Below the pieces are notes generated by a model. The model was not told the DNA's origin, did not search any database, and saw only the letters and a list, made by a program, of their open reading frames with translations. The position numbers and the translations under genes were made by a program. 64,000 bases of DNA from Porphyridium purpureum. Lineage: Eukaryota. Each line of letters opens with the position of its first letter. Position 1 is the stretch's first letter. The DNA is taken from positions 1,736,001 to 1,800,000 of the forward strand of contig VRMN01000001.1 in the NCBI GenBank assembly GCA_008690995.1, in the 5' to 3' direction. Positions 11,171 to 20,585 of this stretch are shown here, piece after piece.

Positions 11171-11875
11171 CTAGAAGAGACCGCCGAAGCCCATGTCATC
11201 CCAGCCGAGCTTCGCCTGAATATCCTGGATGCGACTCTTGTTCGTGTTCATGTCCCCGATGGGCTGCTGCAGGGGGTATATGTACGTAACGCTGCGACCA
11301 CAGCTCTTGAATAGTACCAGTTTGTCGGAGGCATCCAGCACGAATTCAAGATCGTCGACAGAGCGAGGGAAGAAGCCCGGCACCTCTGCATGTAGGTAGG
11401 TATCGCTAAATTCAACGACCTTGGCGCCCGGTAGATTTTGGACCACGCTGTGCAGTGATTCCCAGGCAATCGCTGGATTACTCGTCTCCGGTTCGAACGT
11501 CCACGGCGAAAGGAACTTGGAGGGATTCTTCACCGAGCTCGAGCTCACGCAATTCTGATCCGCGCGGCACTCACTGAGGCGTGCACGGGGCTTGGCAACG
11601 ACACCTTCTGCATGAACCGGGTGAATCGGTGAAAGCGCTTCTTTCTCCCAAGCAAACAACAGCGATAACGTCACACCCAAAGAGGCCGCGATCACATTCC
11701 TTCGCAATCTATTCCCTTGCCCACCCGTGTGCGACAAACTGTCGCGCATGCACATCGGCATCTTTGACCCATGTCGATGATGATACTGCCTGAGGCATTG
11801 ACGCAGCGGCACGGGCCCGGCAGCGAACGACGCCATGCGTAAATTCGACTTCTCTCTAAACTGCCACACAAACAT
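11171..11875 (-). CDS. DUF1499 family protein, probably thylakoid lumen
   Basis: LSEC..NCVSS, PWTF, YLHAE..VDDLEF motifs. RR plus hydrophobic stretch plus VHA (Tat-like signal). Alternative start MASF at 11836. Confidence 0.8.
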   Translation of the reverse strand: MFVWQFREKSNLRMASFAAGPVPLRQCLRQYHHRHGSKMPMCMRDSLSHTGGQGNRLRRNVIAASLGVTLSLLFAWEKEALSPIHPVHAEGVVAKPRARLSECRADQNCVSSSSVKNPSKFLSPWTFEPETSNPAIAWESLHSVVQNLPGAKVVEFSDTYLHAEVPGFFPRSVDDLEFVLDASDKLVLFKSCGRSVTYIYPLQQPIGDMNTNKSRIQDIQAKLGWDDMGFGGLF

Positions 11876-11939
11876 AGTTCAGGAGGTGATTGCGTTCAAA
11901 GCTTGTCCCTGGTCCAGGCAGAATGCAGCACTTTATTTG

Positions 11940-12632
11940 TCAGAGAAGTAGATCGCAGACTTGGTCCCAGCTGAAGACGCGCTGGATCGGCAACCGATCC
12001 TCCTGGTTGCTCAGCTGGTCGAGCTGTGCCGTGGTACCATCTTTGTTCCACGGATACTTTCCATCAAGATCAAAAAGCAGAACGCGGATGCCGCTGCTCG
12101 CACACTGTTTGGCGTATGTGAGATTGTCGTCGATAATAGTGGTGGCGCCAACCGCTTTGCAGAGCTCCGGTTTCGAGAGCTTCTGACCGGTAAGGCCCCA
12201 GTGATTTCCGAACACCACTTGATCAAACACGGCGGGGAAGAACTGATCCAACCATGCGCGCGTCTCTTTCTCAATGACGAGCTGGCGCGATGTGACCACC
12301 ACCAATCGGTACTTTTCTCTGAGCCGCCCAATCCCATCCATGGCACCAGGAACCACACGAATGTTCAGAAAGTGTGGCGAACCAAAGAACTCGTGCACTT
12401 TTATCTGAGCCTCCAAGTTGGTGCCACCCCACACCTCAGAGAACACGTACGAATGAAACGACGACACGCTCAGCATCTCCGCGTTTCCACTTGCGGCGCC
12501 ACCCACATTCTCCGACTCGCTAGCTGTGCAAGGACCATATCGCTCGTTGTGGAAAGCGCACAGTGCTTCCACAAACTCGCAAAGCACTTCATCCAGATCC
12601 ACGGCCAGTGTCTCTCGCTCTTCTGTACACAT
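11940..12632 (-). CDS. HAD-superfamily 5'(3')-deoxyribonucleotidase-like protein (NT5C family)
   Basis: AVDLDEVL (DxD), VVTSRQ, FGNHW, SKPELC, IIDDN, YPWN. Confidence 0.85.
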   Translation of the reverse strand: MCTEERETLAVDLDEVLCEFVEALCAFHNERYGPCTASESENVGGAASGNAEMLSVSSFHSYVFSEVWGGTNLEAQIKVHEFFGSPHFLNIRVVPGAMDGIGRLREKYRLVVVTSRQLVIEKETRAWLDQFFPAVFDQVVFGNHWGLTGQKLSKPELCKAVGATTIIDDNLTYAKQCASSGIRVLLFDLDGKYPWNKDGTTAQLDQLSNQEDRLPIQRVFSWDQVCDLLL

Positions 12633-12812
12633 GGCCTACCGATTACGCCGCGAGTGATGGTCCGCGCCTCTATCTCATGCGCATGCGCTCCACTGACGAC
12701 GCCGACGCCTGCGACCTTGCTTTCTCGCTTTCTCGCTTTCTCCCTCGACATTCTGTTTCGCCCCTTCGACCGTTTGGAAGAAAGCCGGTAAACCGATTGT
12801 CATCAAACAAGG

Positions 12813-12852
12813 GTAACCGATAGACCGTTAGACTGTTAAGCCGTTAAACCGT
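12813..12852. repeat. Degenerate 8-bp tandem array (TArrCcGT-like, 5 units) in a divergent promoter
   Basis: gtaaccga tagaccgt tagactgt taagccgt taaaccgt; a further taaaccga at 12789. Confidence 0.7.
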
Positions 12853-13012
12853 TCTGGACCTGTGGCGCGCCGCGCGTCGACGCGGAACGTGAAGTGGCGC
12901 AGCTCGCCGCGACCTAGTCAGGAATACAGAGCTCGCGTGAGCTCAGCTGCGATTGGCGATGAACTTTGGATCGGACAAGTCCTTAGATGGCAGCCGCAAT
13001 GCGAGACTAGAT

Positions 13013-14068
13013 ATGGCATTCATCCCAAATGGATGCCTTGCGCTCCGGCAAGGGCATTTCTTGTTTGAGGTGGCGCTCATGTTTCCCACACGCACGCGCC
13101 AAACATGTTCATTGGACGTTGTTGGCAGTACACGTTCCGTAGCCGCCGTAGAAGCTGGCGACCAGAGCGACGGCCGCAAAGAAAAGCGTTCAAACGCGCA
13201 GCGTGTTTTCTCGGAAGGGCATCGAGAGAAGATCAGTATTGGCTTGCGACGTTACCACGCCCAACGGCGTGCCAAAATGGGAGACACAGATGAGACTATC
13301 GCGCGTGCGGCAGGTAATACGATCGCTCATGACGCAAGTGCGACGTTTCCTGCTTCTACTGTCGATGTCGAGCTCCGTCATGACCGGGTTTACCTGAAAT
13401 CAGAGCCAGAAAGACGACAAACTCGGCTCTCTTCGCATTCCAAACCAAAGAAACAAGCCAAGCCGCGCCGCGCAGCCATGTCTGAAGAGACACGCAGGAA
13501 AATAAGCCACCGCGTGCAGCAGTACTATTTGGAAAATCCAGACGCGCGAGATCAGCGCAGACGAAACAAAACTGGCGCCTTGAACCCCATGTTCAACCGC
13601 AGACATAGCGCGGCAGCTCGGGCCAAGATGCAGGCGCAGAAAAGGGGATCCAAGAACCCGAATTACGGTAAGCAACTCGATGCACAACACCGAGAACGAA
13701 TAAGTGCCGCCATGAGGCTCGCGTGGGAGAGACGGCAAGCGAGCACAAGCACATCAAAGCAGGCAACCATGGACGAGAGACTGGAGCAGTATAAGAGGCG
13801 CACTCGTGTTCAGAATCGGCAGATTGAGGCCATGGTGACTCAAAATAGCGGTACGCAGAAGGGAGTCGTTCAGGTGAAGCCGCGCCTATCACCAACGGAG
13901 CAACGTTCGCGCGGAGCTAGCAGAAGCGCCAAGCACAGCGCTCTCGCGCAGACCTTGCCAAAGTTTGTGGTCTCGTTGTCCCCAGACTCTCACGATAGAA
14001 CGAAAGAGGATGTTTCGGAACCGCATCGCCGCCTCGCATTGTTGCTGGAACAAATACGATCCAACTAG
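13013..14068 (+). CDS. NUMOD3-repeat basic protein with no visible nuclease domain, probably plastid-targeted
   Basis: FSEGHREKIS, MSEETRRKIS, NPMFNRRHSAAARAKM, GSKNPNYGKQLDAQHRERISAAMR. MAFIP start at 13013. Confidence 0.75.
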   Translation: MAFIPNGCLALRQGHFLFEVALMFPTRTRQTCSLDVVGSTRSVAAVEAGDQSDGRKEKRSNAQRVFSEGHREKISIGLRRYHAQRRAKMGDTDETIARAAGNTIAHDASATFPASTVDVELRHDRVYLKSEPERRQTRLSSHSKPKKQAKPRRAAMSEETRRKISHRVQQYYLENPDARDQRRRNKTGALNPMFNRRHSAAARAKMQAQKRGSKNPNYGKQLDAQHRERISAAMRLAWERRQASTSTSKQATMDERLEQYKRRTRVQNRQIEAMVTQNSGTQKGVVQVKPRLSPTEQRSRGASRSAKHSALAQTLPKFVVSLSPDSHDRTKEDVSEPHRRLALLLEQIRSN

Positions 14069-14206
14069 TCCCTGGCTGACTGGCCCTTTTTGCCAAAGGC
14101 ATGCGGTTTCTACGATGCATGGCGTACTCTCTTTTTTGGATGACCTCCCAGCGGCCGTGGACTTTACGTCGTATTACGTCGTTCGCATTCCCTATTCAAT
14201 CTCATG

Positions 14207-15628
14207 TCACATTATAGTACACTTGCTCGCTGTGCTCTTATTTTCTTGTTCTGGTAAGGAAAGTGAGCTCTGCGCGAAGGACGGAGACACGTTTGCATCC
14301 AAAGATGTAGAGTTGAATAGGTCCGCTTCGTTCTCATACATGGCCGAAAGTATGCGGGTGATTTGCGGCTCCCGCAGCACCGGCTTCACCCAATCATCCC
14401 TGGGATCCATCGGGGCACTCTTGATGAAAGGATGAGAAAGGCAGTCTCTTATGTTGTATCTGGCCTCAAAGTCCCTTTCCATCATGTGTCGAATGAGGTC
14501 GGCTGCTTGTTCATCGACGTAATCTGGGATCTCGTATTCGGCCTGTCCGATCTTGGCAAATAATTGGATCAAGTTCTGCGCCTCAAAGGGTACCGTACCC
14601 GTCAGCATGAAGAAGAGAGTCACACCCGCTGCCCATACGTCCACTTTCATCCCAGAGTATGAGGCATCCCCGTTAGCAATTTCAGGCGACTGAAAGGCAG
14701 GTGAGCCCGTGGTACGTGAAACGTAATCTTTGGCTTCATATGTGTTCAAGAACTCGGCTACACCAAAATCGGCAATTTTGAGCTCATAGTCGGTGGTTAG
14801 CATGCAGTTGGCAGGTTTGATGTCTCGATGCACCACATTCTTGCCATGGATGTACAGAAGACCGCGTAGCATTTGGTGCAAAAAATACTGCGCCTGCTCC
14901 AGCGGTAAACGCTGATTCGGCGCTTGTTCGACAAGGTCATGCAAAGTGCAGCTGTTGGCAAGCTCCAGTACGATGTACATTTTGCGTTTTCCGTCCGGCT
15001 CGTCCAGCACTTCGAGCAACTGTATAATGTTCGGGTGTTTCTTGAGACCCTTCATGATGGTAATTTCGCGCTGAATGTCGTCGAGCCCGCCGGGGATTTT
15101 TTTCATGAAGTCTTTGTTGACGATTTTGACAGCAACAATGCGCAGCGAGCGCGAGTCCATGCCCTCTTTCACCTTTGCATGCGCCCCCTCGCCCAGTTTT
15201 GTGCCCAGCACGTAGTGGTCTACAAACTTGGGTTTGGGCAGCGAATCACCCATGCTCTGCGCGCTTCCCATGCACATAAAATTTGCCGAATCGTCATCGT
15301 CGTCCCCAAATCCAGAGCCGTCGTCGTCCTGTTCGAACACTTGCGGAGCGCCAAACAAATCATCATTCGCGTCAGACACGCGCGGTTTGGGGAAGTGCTT
15401 CTGCAGCCCTTCTGCCGTAAATGCGACCGCGGTATTGTTTACGACGACAGGATACCTCTTTCCTTCCATGTCGTCCATCGGGTCGCCATAGAAAATCATG
15501 GAGCTGCCGCGGACATGCCCGCTCTTCATCGCATCCGCTTGTGTGACCGTTCCCCCCACCACCACGACCGGCTGCCGCACGCCCGTTCGCGCGCGGTCCG
15601 GCGTCTGCTGCGTCTGCCTCCCATTCAT
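14207..15628 (-). CDS. STK11: LKB1/STK11-like Ser/Thr kinase with C-terminal CaaX box
   Basis: LGEGAHAKVKEGMDS, KKIPGG, KMYIVLE, HRDIKPAN, DFGVAEFL, GSPAFQSPEIANG..YSGMKVDVWAAGVTL; ends CTIM. First ATG at 15628. Confidence 0.85.
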   Translation of the reverse strand: MNGRQTQQTPDRARTGVRQPVVVVGGTVTQADAMKSGHVRGSSMIFYGDPMDDMEGKRYPVVVNNTAVAFTAEGLQKHFPKPRVSDANDDLFGAPQVFEQDDDGSGFGDDDDDSANFMCMGSAQSMGDSLPKPKFVDHYVLGTKLGEGAHAKVKEGMDSRSLRIVAVKIVNKDFMKKIPGGLDDIQREITIMKGLKKHPNIIQLLEVLDEPDGKRKMYIVLELANSCTLHDLVEQAPNQRLPLEQAQYFLHQMLRGLLYIHGKNVVHRDIKPANCMLTTDYELKIADFGVAEFLNTYEAKDYVSRTTGSPAFQSPEIANGDASYSGMKVDVWAAGVTLFFMLTGTVPFEAQNLIQLFAKIGQAEYEIPDYVDEQAADLIRHMMERDFEARYNIRDCLSHPFIKSAPMDPRDDWVKPVLREPQITRILSAMYENEADLFNSTSLDANVSPSFAQSSLSLPEQENKSTASKCTIM

Positions 15629-16689
15629 CGAGTGCGCGCGCCTGTCCCTCCGCCGCAGATACCCAGCGGTCTCTGTCCGCCGAAACCGGACTCCAGCCAA
15701 CGGCCAAGTGCGGCCGCCCCTCACGCTCTGGTTCCGACGCGCGAGACACTACGCCCGAACACGCACGGCCTACGCTCACACAATCAAGCCCCTTGGTGCG
15801 CGCGCACGCGGCAGTCCAGTCCGACGCTGGCGGTCAGCCAAAGCCTTCGCCAACCCGCTGACTCACACACACACACACACACCACGCCACCACCAACCCA
15901 CGTCGATCCCTCTCCCCGCGTGCCCTTTCAACAAACGCTGACTGGCGGCCCAAATCCATCGCACCACAAAGGCCCCAACTGTACCGCCAGTACTCCGCAG
16001 TGAGTACAAACGGAGCGTGTTTTACTATGACGTCCGTTATTCGGTTTGGGGAGGCGGGTGCGCTTTTCCTTTCGCGGTCCAGTTCGCAACTTGCCACTGT
16101 TTATCGAGCAATAGACTGATTTAGCTTTGGACGCACCTCGACGTGCAACCAGTTGGACTCTTCCTTTCCAAACCAGCTTTGCTCTCTCCGTTCGTCTCCT
16201 TCCTCACAACTTTTACCGAAACCGCTCTGCCCGAACCGCTGTCGTGCCCTTGCGTAGGCTGACCGTGGTGCTCTCCGGAAGACGAGAAATTGCTCGCGCC
16301 TCCCTGTTCTGCTCTCCACATTCGACAGAACTTTGGGCGAAATCGAAGCGCCACTCTTCAAAATTTAATTATTATGGTTCCATTTTAAGGGCTGTCCGTG
16401 TGCCGAGTTATGCTTCAAGTTCGGCGCTTGCCGATAACTGCCACGACGCTCTACACTATCTCCCGCCAGCCCCGCCCTCGCTTTCTGATATTCCAGGGCA
16501 TGCTCCAAGGGCGCAACTTTCACGTCCCTTCGCGTTTTTCTGTTCCCAACTTTGTCCTTGAGTAGAGTTTTCTTAGCTCCAAGTCTTCTTTCTCCTGTTC
16601 TTACTGCCGCCTCTCTATTCAAGCCAGTCCTGACCGGCTGGTGCAGTTTGGGTCGTGGACTACTTTGCAGCCTGACGCTCGGGATGGGA

Positions 16690-17030
16690 CCGCAAGACAT
16701 CAAGACGATAAATGGTGAAAATCATTGTCACTTCTCTCACAGACATCTCAAGAAACTCTAAACCTTTCTCACAATTCTGGAAAATTGAGGCCCGCGCACG
16801 GTCTTCCGCGATCGAGACAAAGCTGGACAACTCGACAAAGTCCAGCTCATTACACTTTCGCAGCAGAGAGCACGTAGGCAAGACTTCGACCCGTTCCGGG
16901 TCGAGTCGAGCGGCTGCACACGTGCATGGAGGATACGGGCACACGTTCACTGTGAATTGCGGTGCGATTGCTGTTCTTTCTTGACATTCATCTAGCCGGC
17001 GAAGTTGATCGGGGCTGACAATGCTGTGTG
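16690..17030 (-). mobile_element. Probable decayed Ty3/gypsy pol remnant (RT thumb/connection into RNase H)
   Basis: Minus strand reads H-x7-LRRL, DPERVEVL-x10-EL-DFVELSSF, NCEKGLEFLEMSV, then a frameshifted DF..PFIV..D. Order and spacing resemble the gypsy consensus DPEKVEAI-x10-ELxxFLGL / CQKAFExLK / PDFSKPFIVxTDAS. No intact YxDD and no LTRs seen. Confidence 0.38.
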
Positions 17031-18402
17031 ACTTTCGCCTTCTCCGAAGAGGACAGGAAATGTTTATCCGAGCTGTGCTTGCTTCGTCTCCGAGAACAGC
17101 TCAGAGTCTTCCCGAACCTGAAGACACGATTCGTTCGCGATGATTGGCTGCGCTGCGGACTCTATGAGTGGTGCCTAATCTGGGCCACGTCCACGCGCAC
17201 CGCAAGAACGATGGACCCGGGCGCTAGTGTGCGGAATACGGTATCGAGAAATTGCCCACATCAGCACGTCGTGAACCTCATCCATCTTCTTCCTGCCGTG
17301 ATCATGGCATCTGCTCATACCCTCTTGCACGGTGCATTGGAGCTCGCGCGGCACTGCCATTTGCGTCGTGCGTGTCTCGATTTCTTGCTCCTACCGGAGG
17401 TGACCAATTCGTGTCTGACACAGAGTGCCAACTTACGAATAGGCGCAGCACTAGAGCCGCGCGGACAGCGACCAAGAGTCGAGTAGCCGAGGCGATGTCT
17501 ACTATTTGTGGATGGCTATCAGGAACCCACTTTTGTTGTCGCACACCTGTTCACCCTTGCCCAGAAATCAAATGGACCATCTACGCCAAAGTACCGAGCC
17601 GCATCTTGTATGTACGCATGTGCAGCGCCGTTCGTCGACGACCGCTGCAATCACGCCATGGTTGTGAAGCCGGGTACCGATTGAGGCGGCGCGTCGCCTG
17701 CGATGTGCTCGCTGCGGCACACGGCGAAACCGCAGCAGCCCAAGCTCGGCAGCTGCGCGCTGAACATCTGCGCTGGACGTTGAGGTACGGCACGAGTGCA
17801 CGAGCGCATGAGTCACGTGCTAGACTGTGCGCCAGGACTGACAGTTGTCTGGAACGTTGGCGCAGTTTGTTTTCATAGCAAGCGTGGCGATTTTAGAAGA
17901 AAGTGCGCGGCAGGTTTGAGAGAGAAACGCTGACATCTGCGTGATAAGCTGGAGAAGGAGACGCAGGAGAGTGAAGATGATGATGAGGATAGATGAAGAT
18001 CAGGATGTTGACACGAGAAGGACGAAGAACATGAGCTGAGAACAGGCCACACAGAACACAGATAGGTAGCACACCGGCAAACAGAACACAGGTAGGCACA
18101 CGAGCAGAGACACGAACCGCGCATCGTCGGAAGGTTGCAGCCAGAGCGTGCATGAACTCTGAAGGAGAAGCAATTCGTGCGTGCTGTCGGCACTGCTGGA
18201 GGCGGTGGGCTCGCAGGTAGGTGTTCGAGCTGGTTGTGCGCGGGAGATTGTGGGCGTGTCGCGGCGGTTGCTTGGAGGATCATTCGTGCTGGACGTCACA
18301 CGGACGCGCCGTCGTAAGCCTCGGTTTACCAAAGCGGCGTGGTCCACTGCAGGACAGAGACGTCAGCCAACCGGTTGTGAAATATTTCGAGTCGATTGAG
18401 GG

Positions 18403-19482
18403 ATGAAAATACAGCAGAATCAGTTGACGTCGCCGCGACCAGCGCGGGACTACGTGCAGGGGCAGCACGCCGCAGCGGCTCCTGTCGCGCCGAGCGCTGT
18501 AGATGACGCCCGAAAAGTATCCAATAAGAATTTCAATTCAGATTCTGCCATCGGTCTGCAGAAGCGCGTACTCATTGACAATGGCATCGCAGTCACGACC
18601 AAGATTTGCAGCGGGGGTCAAGCACAAGTGTTTCGCGGTTTTAATTGCACAAATGGCTCGCCACTCGCAGTCAAGATCGTGCCAAAGACACGGCCCAACC
18701 TGGACGAGTTCCGGCGCGCCGTCTTGGTCAAAAATGTGACTCGCGAGAAAGAAATTCTGCAGCGCATTCACCATCCGAACAGCCTCGACTTTGTCGGATT
18801 CATCGAGGATGACGAGAACTGGTACTTGGTAACCGAGTACCTTGCCGGGCTTGATCTGTTCGAGGAGGCATGCAAGCGCAGCTTTCCCGAAAAGGAAATT
18901 TTGTTGATTGCCAAGCAGATCTTTGAGGTGCTTGCATACCTTCATGCCAACGGGATTGCGCACCGTGATGTCAAGCTCGAGAATGTCGTGCTCACGAAGC
19001 AGAAAGGGTCGTCGGATGTCAAGTTGATTGATTACGGTCTTGCGTTTTGCGAGCAGTTTGACAAGAGCACCACGTGCGAGGATTTCCCCGGTACATCGAA
19101 ATACAAGGCACCCGAGCTTGTGGTCAGGCAGCCGTACCGCCCGCAGCCGGTGGACGTGTGGAGCATGGGGGTCATGATGTTTGTGCTGTGCTGTGGTGAG
19201 TTTCCCTTTGACGGAAAGGATCCAGATGCAATTTACCGCAACATTGTGCGAAAAGAACCAAGCTTCACGCATGAATTCTGGATGCGAATCAGTCACGAAA
19301 CCGCCCACCTGATCAGTCTCTTATTAACAAAAGACGCGAATACCCGACCAACTGCAGTGGACGCGCTGGAAATGTTGGACGGGATTCTGAATGAACGCGT
19401 ACAAGTGCCTGCCACGCCGCGATCTCGAAAGACCGGATTCCTGTCCAAATTGTCCGGCAAATTATCTGTCAAGATCAAGTGA
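18403..19482 (+). CDS. CAMK-group Ser/Thr protein kinase
   Basis: AVK, HRDVKLEN, DYG, GTSKYKAPE, DVWSMGV. Confidence 0.93.
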   Translation: MKIQQNQLTSPRPARDYVQGQHAAAAPVAPSAVDDARKVSNKNFNSDSAIGLQKRVLIDNGIAVTTKICSGGQAQVFRGFNCTNGSPLAVKIVPKTRPNLDEFRRAVLVKNVTREKEILQRIHHPNSLDFVGFIEDDENWYLVTEYLAGLDLFEEACKRSFPEKEILLIAKQIFEVLAYLHANGIAHRDVKLENVVLTKQKGSSDVKLIDYGLAFCEQFDKSTTCEDFPGTSKYKAPELVVRQPYRPQPVDVWSMGVMMFVLCCGEFPFDGKDPDAIYRNIVRKEPSFTHEFWMRISHETAHLISLLLTKDANTRPTAVDALEMLDGILNERVQVPATPRSRKTGFLSKLSGKLSVKIK

Positions 19483-19565
19483 TTGGAGCGTTCCTGTTTC
19501 TTACATATCTTGAATTAAATCGCTAATCAACTCATTCCTATGATTGGGTACTGTATGTACGAACG

Positions 19566-19779
19566 CTAGGGCTGGTTTTTCCTCTTTACGCTGTTTGTCA
19601 CCGACACTCGGACTCGATTCGGCGTCAATTGCGATGGCCGCGGGGCAGTTGGGAGCGTCTTCTGAGCCACCGCCGGTATCTGTCGTTGCTGATCTGTCCG
19701 AATCCTTTTGGCCCCTGGACCTTCGTTTTTCGTTCGCTGGTCATCGTCGTCGTCTTCGTTATCGTCCTCATCGTCGTCG

Positions 19780-19835
<56 letters not shown>

Positions 19836-20585
19836 GTCACTATCTACAGAGTGCATGCGCTGCCCTTCCACTAAACGCTTCATTGCAACTGATTTCATGG
19901 CAACCGATTTGCCCGCAACTTGTCCGACAGAAGCAGCGTCTGGTGACATGCTCTCATCGTCGTCTTCATCATCCTCATCTGAACTTTCCGACTGCGCTTG
20001 CAATTGCAGCAGCTGCTGTTGCTGCTGCCGCCGCACTGCTTCCAGCTCTTCCAGCTCACTCTCGTCCACGTGCGAATCCATTACTTCCTTGAGACCAGGA
20101 GAGCAGCGAGGCCGGCGTTCCTTCTCTTTCAGGTTGATGATGCTACCGTTGAGCTTCTCGAGAGTAATTTTTTCGCCCTCAAATATAAGTACGTATTCAT
20201 TTCCGCCTGTCGCTACACCTGCAGGGCTCGCGTGTCTTTCAGGCGTGCGCATCACCGGGCCAGCTGGTGTACTGGCCCGTGACACTGGTCTCGAGTTGCT
20301 TGTACCCGCATGACTGGGCACACCACCCTTTACCATTCCGCTGAACAAAACGGACGACTCATCATCCTTGGTCGACGCAAGCTCCAACTCGGCCTGCGTC
20401 GTGGCCCCAGCTTTCAGCTCCAGCACGCCGAATCTGCTTCGCTGCACCGACTGCGGTTTGAACTGGTAATGCAGCGCCCAGAACTCCATCTCGTCCGATA
20501 CCTCGGACGTGCTACCAGCACCCGCGGACACTGACTTGCCGAGCCGGAACGGGCGCCGCTTCCCATCTCCCAAAATCTCATCCAT
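19566..20585 (-). CDS. EAF: ELL-associated factor (EAF) domain protein with acidic tail
   Basis: LHYQFKPQSV, VLFSG, EYVLIFEGEKITLEKL match the EAF domain; poly-Asp tract. First ATG (MDEILG) at 20585. Confidence 0.75.
19780..19833. repeat. (TCA)18 microsatellite encoding poly-Asp in the EAF gene
   Basis: Read directly from the sequence. Confidence 0.95.

Noticed and set aside
14924..16003. Long antisense ORFs (also 2657..3520, 18538..19308, 53280..54338, 59252..60052, 63173..63961)
   Set aside because: Shadow frames opposite real genes in GC-rich DNA, with no recognisable motifs.
16835..17020. AAAGTCC and CGGGGCT, reminiscent of RNase MRP/P conserved regions
   Set aside because: The two segments cannot form the required P4 pairing.
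17175..17360. Minus-strand ORF VPRELQ..CHDHGRKK..W..C resembling an integrase zinc finger
   Set aside because: His and Cys spacing is wrong, and it lies upstream of the RT-like fragment, which is not gypsy order.
18051..18101. Two copies of ACAGAACACAG..TAG 30 bp apart upstream of the kinase
   Set aside because: A simple local duplication in purine-rich leader sequence, with no further structure.
19544..20313. Poly-His, poly-Met, poly-Ile and poly-Ser ORFs
   Set aside because: Alternate readings of the (TCA)18 tract that encodes poly-Asp in EAF.
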